From: Lama guanicoe
Lineage: Eukaryota
Length of the DNA stretch: 64,000 nucleotides
Direction: 5' to 3'
Assembly (NCBI GenBank): GCA_013239625.1
Contig: MU053482.1
Span: forward strand, 186,001 to 250,000
Within the stretch, counting starts at the first letter, position 1. Every line of letters starts with the position of its first letter. A model generated the notes under the pieces. That model was not told the DNA's origin, did not search any database, and saw nothing but the letters and a program-made list of their open reading frames with translations. The translations under genes and the position numbers were made by a program. This document shows positions 52,580 through 64,000 of the stretch, piece after piece.

Positions 52580-53105
52580 TAGGCACCCTCCCAGGTGCCC
52601 CTCAAAAACAAATATAGGAAATCACTGTCAACCAAAGTCCCATCTCACCATTTCTGACCTCATCACAGCTTCCCCCCGGAGCACAAGTTTAGATCTAATA
52701 ACTATTGATAATGAGTTGATAAATGACAGTAATAAAACCTACTTAATCTCTACTGGAGTTTGGGGACCTTTACCTTCTGGGTATTTCGGATTGCTAATAG
52801 GGAGATCATCTGTGGGCTTAAAAGGGTTAACAGTTTTACCTGGTGGTATTGATAATGATTATACTAGAGAAATTAAAATTATGGTTCATGCCTCTTCTTA
52901 TTACATTATTCCTAAGCAATCTCGAATTGCTCAAATTATTTTTATACCTTATTTACCTGCTCAAAAATTTGCTGAAAATAATAGAGGAGATACAGGCTTC
53001 AGACATACAGGACAGCAAGCTTTTTGGACACATTCATTAACCGATAACAGACCTGTTATAACATTTTCAATACAAGGAAAGCAATTTACAGGATTATTAG
53101 ACACA
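52580..53105 (+). mobile_element. Betaretrovirus-like (ERV2) fragment: gag tail, dUTPase and N-terminus of protease
   Basis: dUTPase motifs STSLDL, GRSS, GGIDNDY, RIAQ, RGDTGFRHTG, then FWT...RP...IQGKQFTGLLDT; frame open from 52569. Confidence 0.9.
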
Positions 53106-56100
53106 GAGCTGCAGAGAAAAGAAAAACTGTTTGGGGCAAAAAAGAACAATTCCCTTGAGGCTTGGCCCACCTTCTCTGGAGAGAATACTGAAAACCTGAG
53201 GTGGGTAAAGGCGATGCTTAGAACAGGAGAGGAAGGAGGAGGCTCATGACGTAAAGCAGGTTTTTGGGGAGGTACTTCTGTCTCCACCACTCTTCTGCCT
53301 TCTTGCCTTCAGATGGGCGCCTGCAGTCTTCAGTGACTTCCCTCTGAGGACTCTGTGAGGCCTCCACCTCTGAGGATGGAGATGCCCCTCCCCATTGTCC
53401 TCTCTACAGAAAAATGGGAAATCTTTAATATTGTCGATGGAACTTTATTACCCATGACCTCACGGCTTGTTCTCTAAAATATATAGCTAGACTGTATGTC
53501 TGATGGTAGACGTGGTTGCAATGAAACCATAAATTTCCACTGAAGCATAAAAAATCCTGGAATTTTTTTCATTAGAAAACCAGTAGATTTCAGAGTCCTA
53601 ATGAGCTTCTGCACAATCCCAGCGTTAACTATTTTACTTGAGAGAAAATGATGATATAAAACTCTTTAATGTTTGTTTTTAAAGGGCTTATTATTTTTTT
53701 CTTAATTATTTACCCCCTCTGCCTGGGGTTTCTCTCCTGTTGCCGGCTCACACCAAGCCGCTATCATCTCTCACCAGGATTATTGCAGTAATTAAGTTAT
53801 CTTTCTGCCTCCATGCTTGTATTCTTACAGGCTGTTCCTCAAACGGCAATCTGCGTGAATCTTCTAAACGCTAAGTCAGGACTTCGTTTTTCCAGTAATG
53901 GTAGCTAGGCTATTTCGATCAACCCTCTGGCTGCAAATGACTTGAGAGAGAGAAACTGAATAAAAAATAAGAAACATTGTCTTAAGATTAATGGAGAGAT
54001 GATAAAACAAAAAGGAATAATCATGCTAAAATGTGAAGGGAATACTTAAGAGGAGTAAGAAGGCATTGGAGCTGCTTTCACCCAGAGGTACTTGCATACT
54101 CCCCAGATTAGAGTGCTTGGACAGCATCGTGGGTCCCAGTGCACAGAAAGCAAAGCCAGGGCTGGCAAAGTAGGGAGTCTCATAGGAGACTCTGGTGACC
54201 AGGCTCTAAGGTATACCCGGTGCCCCTAAGTGTAGGCAGAGAGACCTTTGGCTTTCTTCTAACCCAGAGAACATGGCAAAGTGATAGCATGTCACTCTGG
54301 TAACTGTTATGTTACAAAAGTCTCATTCTTCTTAGTAAACACACAGCAAGGTGCTTAGGGCAGCTTCTAGCAAGAAAGTAAAGCCACGGATTTAAGAAAC
54401 CCCATGAATCGCAATAAACATAAAAGAATCAACACCTAGAATCATCATAAAGAAATTCTAAAAAACCAAAGGAAAAGAGAAAAGCTTCAAATCTGCTAGA
54501 GAAAGGATAAATTATGTTTAGGAAAGTTACATGGTACATGGGAGACAATAAATATTTATTAAATGAATAAACAAGCACACTATATTTGGGAGCTTTTCTG
54601 CCTACTAGCTCTATGACATGTTTCATTTGACCTCTTGAAACTGTCTCTTAACCTGCAGAACATGGATAACAAAACCTACTTTATAGGGGAACTCGTCAGG
54701 ATTAAGTTCATACTGAGCTTACATAGAACACCTAACAACTCCTAGTCTGTATTAGCGCTCCTGGGCCGATTCTCTCCCAAATTTGGGTTTGGGGCCTGTT
54801 CTATGCAAATTTACTCTCTAATCTAGGTCTCCAGCCCAGGCTTTCTTCCCAGTTCCAAACATCCATGTTGAAATACTTCTGTATCTAAAACACACTTCCT
54901 TCCTTCCCTTTTAAAGGGCTGGAGGCTTCAGAAAAACAAGTCTTATTGCAGTAACACCTGTTCAGCCACAGGGAAAAAAAATAGGTGAATGAGTAAACAT
55001 CCAGCCTAGAGTGCACCTGTTAATTCCCTGACCTAAATTATACTCAGTGGTATTTTCTGAAATTCTGACATAAGAATGACCTGGGGCAGTTGTTAGTAAT
55101 ACAATTTTTGCTCCTCTTCGCCTGAACAATAGGATTCTCTAGCTTTAAGGGAAAACCCAAGGATCTGACTTTTTAACAAGCACCCAGGTGACTCTCACCT
55201 TCATGGAATAGTGGAAATATGTCTAGGAGGTGAGAATTGCAATATTGGCCAAGGCACTGATGAATGTGAGTGAATTGGTAATTCCTGCTATAGGAAAAGG
55301 AGGGAAGAAACTACAGACCAGAAGCTGGATCTGTGAAAGTGGATGCAAAATGGCTGATGTCTGGATAGGTTCCCGAACTTTTGGAAGACACAGGCATACA
55401 TAAAATATCTTAAGACCAACATACTCTGCTCCCATCGGATGGGCAGTAATGGACAAGATAGGGCCTTTGACTATGGGGACCTGGGAAAGCTTTGTGGAGG
55501 AAGTATGCTCTAAGTTAGACCACTCTCTAGAGCTTTAGAATTTTTTCAGGCAAATAGGAAAAGGAGACGGAATTCCAGGAACGGAAAATAATTTTCAGCA
55601 AAGTAAGAAAGGTAGAAAATGCCCATGCTGGTTTTAGTAAAAGCAGGAAAACTGAGCTCTTCCTTCCATACCTTCAAGGGAATGACTGTGCTAAAAGGCT
55701 GGGAGGTAGAGAGGGCCAGGGGGACGGCGGTTGAGGGGAGTGGACAGTTTGAAGATGTAGAAGATCTGGCCAGACTAAGGGAGAGAATGAATGAGAAGAA
55801 GAGGCAGACACCTTAAAAAATCTACTGTGAGACCGGTAGCCTCAGAGACAGAGAAAGCCCAAGATCAGTTACTCCCCACACCTTCAGGGATCACGTTCTG
55901 ACTTCGTAACTGACTGACAGATCCTGAAACTTTTGCCCCCAAAGGCCAAAACCCTTGCTCATTGACCCCAATCATGTGTAGAGACCCTAAGATTCCCTCC
56001 TGAGACTTTAAACACTTACCTGCCTGCTCTGATCCCTGCCTCATTCCAGCATCATTCATTTGTTCAAAAGTTCTGCTTGATCCTGCATCAGAAACATGTT

Positions 56101-57608
56101 CTTTTTTTTTTCATCTGCAATTCCCTCTGCCCCAAAAGATCCTTCCCCTCCTCTTCATTTGATTAACTTGTTATATTCATTTGGCGGGTGTCTGTTTAAA
56201 TATTTCTCACTCAGAGGCATCTTTTCCTACTCTTGTAGTCTGAACTGTCCTCCACCCAATATCTCTCACACACCCTTTGAATTTCTTCATAGCACCTACA
56301 AGTACTTAAGGTGACATGCTTATTCATGCTTGTGGCTCTCTTCCTTCACACAGTACACTCCATGACCCCAGTCTGTTTCCCTCACCACTCTTGACTTGGT
56401 ACCTAGCCCAGAGCAATCTTTCACCATTAAGATTTCTCTTAAAAAAGAGGGAGAGAAAGGGGTTGTGGCCTTAATAACTGTTAACCTGAGGTCTTGGCAC
56501 ACCCCCTTCTCCAAGATCCTCTGCATCCTCAAGACCTTAACGCCTTTCCTGTTTTCTCCTTCAGAGCGTGTGCTCGGGTTCAAATCCTGATGACAGTATT
56601 CACTAGCTGTGGTTCATTCAATAAATTGTCTACACTGTTCAAATCTCAGTTTCCTTTTCCTATAAAACTGAAATGGTAACAGTTCCAACCTTATAGCTTT
56701 GGGAGGAGGATTATGAAAGAATCTCTGTAAAGCGTCTAACAGTTACCAGGAAAACAGTGACTGATAAACTGTTTGCTGCCGTTATTGCTGCTGCCAATAA
56801 CTAATCACCTCCAAGATTCAAGCTATTGGGTTTTTTTTTTCCATAAGAAAGTTCTCATTGTATTAATACATATATATAAATAAATCTTACAAAATAAATC
56901 CTCATTTTATTACTATATGTAAAAGATCTTACAAGTCAATAAGGAAATACAGCAGAAAATTGGGCAAAGTTTGCAAACATGCAAATTCACCAAAAAAAAA
57001 AGATTCAAAAAATTTAATATGTATTATCGGAGTAGAAAGAAGAAGAGAAAGAGACAAAGCCTGGCTCTCAGATACCTCCCACACCTTCCCTCTTACAGTT
57101 TTCCCCTCTAGTGTCAGGAAAGAAGGAAAAGCCAAAAGGCAAGTGCCTCCTTCCATGATGGCGTGATGCTGTGTTACCTTCTCTGCAGGAGGTTCCTGCT
57201 TCTCTGGGTACCACAGCACTGGCTCTTGGGGAGCACACATCTGGTTCTTTGGCAGTCACATATTTCTCTGCCCCTCATCATGCCCCTGAGAACCCTCCTG
57301 GCCAGAAATGTAATTGTGGGGATCGCCAGTGACATCTCATGCATGTGCTCCATGAGCTCCCAAGTGGCTCTTGCCCTTGTTTTCTTCACTGGATCACTTC
57401 CCCTGCCCCAGGACACCGCTGTCTTCTGCTGCCAGGATTTCACTTCCCAGGAGCCATGATGCTTCCCTCCAATTGTGGGGAGGACGCCCTACCCCTGACT
57501 CTGTGCCGCAGACTTAATATGAGTAAGACAGTACAGTTCTCATAAGGGGATTCTGCAGTGGACTCCTCTAAGGAGATTTAGTTGCTAAAGAATCTAAAAG
57601 GCCTCCCC

Positions 57609-57917
57609 GGGGGAGATGGGGTGGGAAGAGACAGACTGGGAGTTTGAAATTTGTAGATACTGACAGGCATATGCAGAATAGATAAACCAGATTATACTGT
57701 ATAGCACAGGGAAATATATGCAAGATCTTGTGGTATGTCAGAGCAAAAAAGAATGTGACAATGAATATATGTATGTTCATGTATAACTGAAAAATTGTGC
57801 TCTACACTGGAAATTGACACAACATTGTAAAACGACTATAACTCAATTTAAAAAAAAGTAAAATAAATAAATAAATAATTTTTAAATTTTTAAATAATCT
57901 TTAAAAAATAAATAAAT
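57609..57917 (+). mobile_element. Young L1 3' end with TSD
   Basis: gactgggagtttgaaatttgtagatactg...aattgacacaacattgtaaa plus A-rich tail; TSD aaaaggcctcccc / aaaaggccttccc. Confidence 0.88.
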
Positions 57918-58039
57918 AAAAGGCCTTCCCTGGAAGTGGTCCTAGAACAGGACCTGGGGAGAGTATTGAACTTACAATCCTCCATTCCACCTTCATTCCA
58001 TTTTTCCTTCTTTACTATCTATTCTTCAGTGTATTCTCT

Positions 58040-58182
58040 TCTTAACGCATGATTCAGCGTCCTCTGAGAGGCTGTTAGAAATGAAGAATCTCAGGTCCAT
58101 CCCCAGACCTTCTCAATCAGAACCTGTGTGTTAACAAGATCCCTAGGTAATGACTATACACATGAAGGTTTGAGAAATTCTG
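58040..58182. mobile_element. MER5A-like DNA transposon
   Basis: tgttagaaatgaagaatctcagg...ccccagacc...aatcagaa...aacaagatccc...tttgagaa. Confidence 0.75.
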
Positions 58183-59730
58183 TTAAATGGGACAGAATTT
58201 TTGAATTTTCCCGCTCGAGTTATTTATATCCAAGTTCATTTTTAGCCCCCAGAGCTCCATTTCCCCCTTTTTGTATATGCTGCTGACTGTACAGGCATTC
58301 CTTGGCGGCTGAGCTAGTCAGCCCATAGAATCTCCCATAGCAGTTCTGCAGGGATTTTATGCAAGCTGCCTCATGTCAGTTCACTGTAGACTCACTAATA
58401 TTGATAAAAAATATAATAACCCAACCCAGTATGATAGATTATCATAAATAGATAAATGGTAGATTTTGAAGGAATGTTGAAATTATCTGCACCTATAACT
58501 ACAAAATACTTTCCATTTAAGATATTTCAATATATTATGGAGGAGAAATTATTATGATGCACCTACTTTGTTAGTTAATAAATACACACATTCGCTGTGC
58601 TGAGAAATAAACAGCACCACTTACATTGAAATTGTCCACGTACACGGTCCTTGAAGGTAATTCTCTCCTCAGCCTATAACTTACATCAAAGATCAGTTTG
58701 AGCACATTACTGCTCTCAGCAGAGAGGTTGAAAAGGGCCCTCGCTGGTGTTCACCTGTCACTCTAAGGTGGAGGGTCTGTAGAATTCAAAGGAAGGTTCT
58801 TTGGCTTACTTCCTGGGATGGAAGTTGCACAAAATACAAAGAATTGCCTTGTGAGTGAGTTTTTTAGAATTCATTGCATCTTCCTTGTGGTTTGATTTCT
58901 CCAGGGTTTTGACCAGCTGAATGAACCACCACTGATTTTTTTTTCCTCCTCTGATTAAAAAAAAAAAAAAAACCTCAGCTCTAGAACTTTCTGACTGATG
59001 AATCCCACAGAATACTCAATATAAGAAGCCAATGCTAGAAAACCCTCAAAAAAAGGTGAAATGTTCCTATTATTTTCCTGCTTGGCTGCTGTGTTCTTTG
59101 CAGTTGACCTGTTTCTCAGAGCCTGCAGGGTCTTTTTCTGGCTAGGATAGCCTGGGAATGGAAATTTTCAAAGTCCTGTAGAGTCCCATTTTAGGAGGAT
59201 ATTGGTTGGCTTACTAGAGGGTGGGAAAGAGGCTGCCTTCTTTGGAGGAAATGTGTACAGCCGTTATGTTAAAAAGGTGACATTTCATTGGGTGTGCTCC
59301 TAAAGCAACTTTTTTCCTCCTCCCTGTGTTCAGGGGCTAGTTCCTTTCTTGGCCCTGAATGAAATCTCAGGTGCGTCCCTATAGCTTTTCCAGACACTCA
59401 TAGAAAAATACCCAAGTCCTCCCACCAATTTTAGTCATAAAACAGTAGTTTCAGTCATTAAAATGTCAAGCACATATAACAGTTAAAACTTTGAACTTTA
59501 AGACAAATATTTCTCCTTTCTCTGCTTCCCCAGCCCAGATTCATTCAGACTGGAAGCCTGAAGTAAGGAGAGGGAAGTAGGGGCCCAGGGGGCAGGGTCC
59601 GCACAGCCCTCTTCTTTGTTTTCCCACTTAATGCTTGTACTCCTCCAAACCCACTCTCTCTAAGGCTTGGGTTCAACAGACTTGGGGGTGAAGGTGGGAG
59701 GAGGGAAGCGTGAGGGGAGGAAAGGCCTTA

Positions 59731-59775
59731 CTTTAGGGGAACTCACTTTAGGGGAATTCCCTTTAGGGGAACCCC
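59731..59775. repeat. 3 x 15-bp tandem repeat (ctttaggggaaNNNN)
   Basis: ctttaggggaactca ctttaggggaattcc ctttaggggaacccc. Confidence 0.9.
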
Positions 59776-60510
59776 ACCTGGTGGTGGTGGTCCAGGATTT
59801 TGATGGGCATTCACTATGCGCTCCTCTCTCGGGGCACTTTGGTAGGGCCCTTGGAAATGGCTCCATTGAAAACACTGGACTACAACATGACCCGTGCTGG
59901 CCACGTGCTCCACTAGCTTCTGCCTTTGATTCCAAGCCCCTGTTGCCTAGCAGCCTCTAGCAGCAAGCCCACTTAGGCGGGGGCTCCTTGGAAACAACTC
60001 TCAAGGTCATGCTCTCCCTTCCCCGATCAGGTCCACGAGAAGCATGCTCTGCTGTTCTGTGTTCAGTGGTTTATGCATTCCTCCTCATCCTAGCACCCAA
60101 CTCCAGCCACAGCTTTGGCCTTTAATCCTCTCCAATATGGGTCAGACACAGTTGCTTTGGTCCTCTCAGTTCAAGGGGACATGGTTTTCCAACTGATCGT
60201 TCAAAGCTCCTTCTCACGACATTTGAGATGAGGAGGCGCTCAGTCTCCTGTAACGGAAGGAGGTGGGAGGGAAATCCACAAGGCTTCAACCATTTTTTCC
60301 AAAGTATCTTCAATTTCTTTGACCTCCAACCTTGAGGGGTTGAAGGGTGGGTGTTAATCTAAGGGTCACAGAACTATCTCCAACTAGCTCTCCTTGCCTA
60401 GCCTACGAAGGTGAGCTCAAAATCCACTTTGAAGTAAGGCCACCTACTACTTACTGTTTGTTGTTGTTGGTTTTTTTCCCCTTTGCTTTTGGGCCTCAGC
60501 TGCATCAAGG

Positions 60511-60730
60511 TGAAACAGGAGGGAGGGGGCAGGACACAGCCAGAAAAGTTAATTCCCAATAGACCCTGAGGCCCAAGATGGTGGGAGATTCAACCTCCAG
60601 TGGACCTTGAGCTTCATTGTGCACATTGTAATGTACTAGCCTGGTGAATGACACACCCACAGGCATCAGGACAGTTCCCAAGCTAACTACAAAAGTTCAA
60701 AGAGAGGGCGGTGGCCCGGTTCCTACAGAG
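60511..60730 (+). mobile_element. Partial LTR, same family as 46436-47069, opposite orientation
   Basis: tgaaacaggaggg...agatgg.gggagattcaac...cttgagcttca...gacagttc...gctaac aligns by eye to the reverse complement of 46850-47069. Confidence 0.7.
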
Positions 60731-61423
60731 CCCATTTTAACATCATGTCCTGCTTTCTAGCTACACTATGCACCCACAAAGTTTCATTTTAAAGTCCTCG
60801 GAGGAGGAATAACCTCTACCTTTTTTTGAGCATTATTTTAGACATATAAGTGACAGACTGCCTTCTTTTTTTTTCTTTCTGTCCTTATTAAGTTTATTAC
60901 AGTATATTTTTGTGAGAATATCTTTTTTTTAACCATTTAGAAATGAGATTGGGAAATTCACCATGACTCTGAGTCAAAAAGAATTTTTACAGAGAAGTAG
61001 AGGAAGCCTGTTGTTTTTCTTGTTGAAAGAAGTTTAAGGCAAAGCTTTTAGATCTCTGGATGTTTTCTTTTTACATTGGAAAAAAATTGGGGAGCTTTTA
61101 AACAAAGTTTAAAAAAATTTTTTTAACCTTTAGTTTTTCACATCAGGGTCTCAGAAGCATGGGAGAAAGGTTATTTTTCTTCCCCACGTGTAGCCTAGGT
61201 GGTGAGTGCTAGGTTGGAGTGCCTGGTCTGATTGAATAAAAGCTGTGGAATGTTTGGGTTTGGGGAAGGGTGGTAAACATATACCAGAGCAATAAAGTGG
61301 AGCCTGGGAGTGACTGGATTACAGATAGTTCCAGTAGGACCTTATCTTTCCAGGAGAGGGAGTGACATCTGCATCTCAACCTTTTTTGTTGTTGTTGTTT
61401 GGTGTGTGTGTGTGTGTGTGTGT

Positions 61424-61812
61424 ATAATTATTGAGGTATAGTCTGTTTACAATGTTGTGTCAGTTTCTGATGTACAGCACAATGCTTCAATCATATATGA
61501 ATATACATACATTCGTTCTCATATTCTTCTTCACCGTCTTAAGTTACTACAAGATATTGAATATAGTTCCCTGTGCTATACAGTATTAACTTATTGTTTA
61601 TATATTTTATATTTATTAGTTAGTATCTGCAAATCTCAAACTCCCAATTTATCCCTTCCCACCCTCTTCTCCCTCTGGTAACCATAAGTTTGTTTTCTGT
61701 GTCTGTGAGTCTGTTTCTGCCCTGTAAACAAGTTCGTCTTTTTTTTTTTTTTTTTTAATTTTTTTTTTTTTTTTTTAGATTCCACATATAAGTGATATCA
61801 TATGGTATTTTC
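61424..61812 (-). mobile_element. Young L1 3' end with (TG)n-derived tail
   Basis: attgaggtatagtctgtttacaatgttgtgtcagtttctg...tctggtaaccataagtttg...ttagattccacatataagtgatatcatatggtattt. Confidence 0.85.
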
Positions 61813-61814
61813 TG

Positions 61815-62869
61815 GTTTGATAATTTTCTTTTGTATTAGCTTGGTTTCTTTTTGGGTTTTGTGACTCTATTATATGCTTCTGATTTGTGGTTACCCTGTT
61901 TTTCAAGTATCTTAACCCCTTACTACATCTATTTGCTTTAGACTAGTATTCATGTAGACTCAAACACATCTTAAAAAGAATGAAGAAAAAAACAAAAATG
62001 AAAACAAAAAAGAAAAAGGAGAGAAAAAGATCTATATTTTCTTGCCCTCCTCTCCCACCTTTTATGATTTTGATATCTTTTTTTAACATCTTCATGTTTA
62101 TTCTCTTGCAACTCATTGTATTTATTGCCTTTCCAGTTACAGTTTTCTCCCTTCTATAGCATCCTGCTTCTTTTCTATTTAAAGTAGAACTTTCAAAATA
62201 TCTTTTAGGATAGGTTTAGCATTGCTGAATTCTTCTCGTTTTTGCTTGTCTGTACATTGTCAAGTGCTAGGGCCCACCATACCGAGCAGCGAGCTTGCAG
62301 CCACACGCCTGAATCTGTGGTGCACCACAGGGTCAGCGCAGACCCCGGCCTGCTTCCGCATACGGTACACAGGCCTGTTGTAAACACCCGTACTCACCCC
62401 CGCTGTGTGCCAGAGCTCCACTCACTGCCTGTTCGTCCCAGAGGCGCGGGTCCACAAAGGGTCCAGAGGGAGCAAATCCACCCTCTCTGCTTGGGGCTGT
62501 AAACAAATCTCAGTCCCGCCTGTGAAGTTGCAGGGCCACTGGGTATGGATTCAGCTTTTAGCCCCACCTCCGCGCAGTAGTGATGGCTGTGACGGAGCCC
62601 CACATCTCTTCTCGCGAGAACACACCAACAATGGAGCCAAGGAGAGACAGCAGCGGTGACACAGCTGTGTTGCACTCCTCTGCACCCATGCACACCAGCA
62701 GTGGTGCTTTTTTATGGGAGTCCCAGGCTGTTCTGTTCCATACACAGCCTCCAGCCAGACCTCACACTGCCCTCCAATCCCCTGAGGCTACTTCTGTGCA
62801 GTGGGCCCCAGCCCTGTGCCCGGGCTCATCAGTGATCTCCAGCAGCCAGTCCTAGCGTGCCCCTGCCAG
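61815..62869 (-). mobile_element. Older L1 pieces (ORF1 end/inter-ORF, then a GC-richer 5'-region-like segment)
   Basis: tttgtggttaccctg, ggataggtttagcattgctgaattc...tttttgcttgtct motifs; the 5'UTR assignment is tentative. Confidence 0.55.
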
Positions 62870-64000
62870 CTTCATATAACTGGAGGATTCCTATCTCAGT
62901 TCTAAATAAAAATTCCTCCCATCTCTGCCAAATGCATCTCAGACTGGACAGGCTGGACCAAACAGAATAGTGATTGCTGATACTGTGTGAAGGTCCAGTC
63001 TATCATGTGTGAGACCATAAGACTACTTGATATGAAGAAAAAGTTAGAGACTTTCCTCAAAGAATACTTCAAACGTTCCAAAATATTTCAACATCTTACA
63101 GCAGTCTACACGGAAAAAGGCCAACTGGAATGGCTTACTCATGAGATTTCCAAATGCAGTGAGGGCACTTGCGTCTTCCAAGTTGAGAGTGCACACTGCC
63201 GCAATGAAGGACATCCCTTGGACATGACCAACATTGGATCAGTAACATGAATATGCTCCTAAGATCCTGTAGAAGACATTTTGATACGGACTATCCTTCT
63301 GAAAGATGTAGAGAGACAGAAAGACATAGGATATGTCCAGCTTAATTCTAGACCAGCACCTGGACCATCAAAAGATATAAATTCTGTATCATAGAGAATG
63401 TTATGCTTAGAGAGAACTTGTTTCATTGAAGCTTTCCCACGATTTCTTTCCTCTCGGGAGGAATACTGCATAAAGTTCAGGAGCGATATTTAGTCCACTT
63501 ACTACAGCTAGACTCCAAGCTTCACCTTTTTCCTACAATGAATTACTTTCCAGTTGGCAGTATTTCACTGGCTCAAATTACCATTGCATTTGCAATATTT
63601 TCTTTGTAATTTTTTTAATATACTGCTTTAATTCCTCAATTTTAAGATTCAGCTCAAAGGTCTCATGTTCTTGTCAGTGAGGTTAAATCTTCTTCCACAG
63701 ATTTGGCAGGAAAATTTTCTTGGAGTAGGCAAAGATCTCAACAGGACCCAAAAGCAATCATCAATCATATGATGGCTCATCCTCAAGAATCAGAGTGGTG
63801 GTAGAAGGTGGCTCAAATTCAAAATTCTTCTGTCTCGAAGACTGAAGCGGTGATTTATAGGTCCTCCTGTTGGTGCTTTGTTTTCCTGCTGAATGGCTTT
63901 TTGGATTTTCTGAAGTTTCTTTCTGGGAGGGACTTTATCAAATCATTTCCAACCAGGAGCACTGTGGACAACTGATCTGGGCTCCTTTTATACTTTTTGG
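62870..64000 (-). pseudogene. TBC1D12: Processed pseudogene of TBC1D12 (Rab-GAP TBC domain), continues beyond right edge
   Basis: Minus-strand peptides [95 protein letters not shown]; colinear, intronless, many stops and frameshifts. Confidence 0.85.

Noticed and set aside
59731..59775. Repeat-spacer (CRISPR-like) pattern
   Set aside because: Only three 15-bp units with 4-nt variable ends, in mammalian DNA, with no cas genes
62987..63471. Short ORFs near the right edge
   Set aside because: Off-frame or antisense pieces of the TBC1D12 pseudogene

Overview
Mammalian genomic DNA, most likely a camelid (tRNA-Ala-derived Vic-1-type SINE; several short L1 3' ends with target-site duplications). 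The window holds the conserved FHIP1B(FAM160A2)-CNGA4-CCKBR gene block. FHIP1B is on the minus strand: a CpG-island first exon near 12.1 kb and five coding exons at 2641-557, continuing off the left edge. CNGA4 is complete, with 6 exons (plus, 16326-21074, 575 aa). CCKBR is complete, with 5 exons (plus, 33429-44196, 455/450 aa through two exon-4 donors). The distal 20 kb has no intact host gene. It contains LTR/L1/DNA-transposon relics, an orphan CpG-rich segment near 50 kb, an LTR-less betaretroviral dUTPase-protease fragment with an open frame (52.6-53.1 kb), and a decayed processed TBC1D12 pseudogene at the right edge. I found no convincing wholly novel multi-gene system. The best leads are an altered calmodulin LQ site in CNGA4, an ATF4-like uORF arrangement in FHIP1B, an Lhx2/Ebf composite motif upstream of CNGA4, the ERV dUTPase fragment, and an extra cassette-like segment in the TBC1D12 retrocopy. 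Ortholog comparisons and repeat family names are from memory and need database confirmation.
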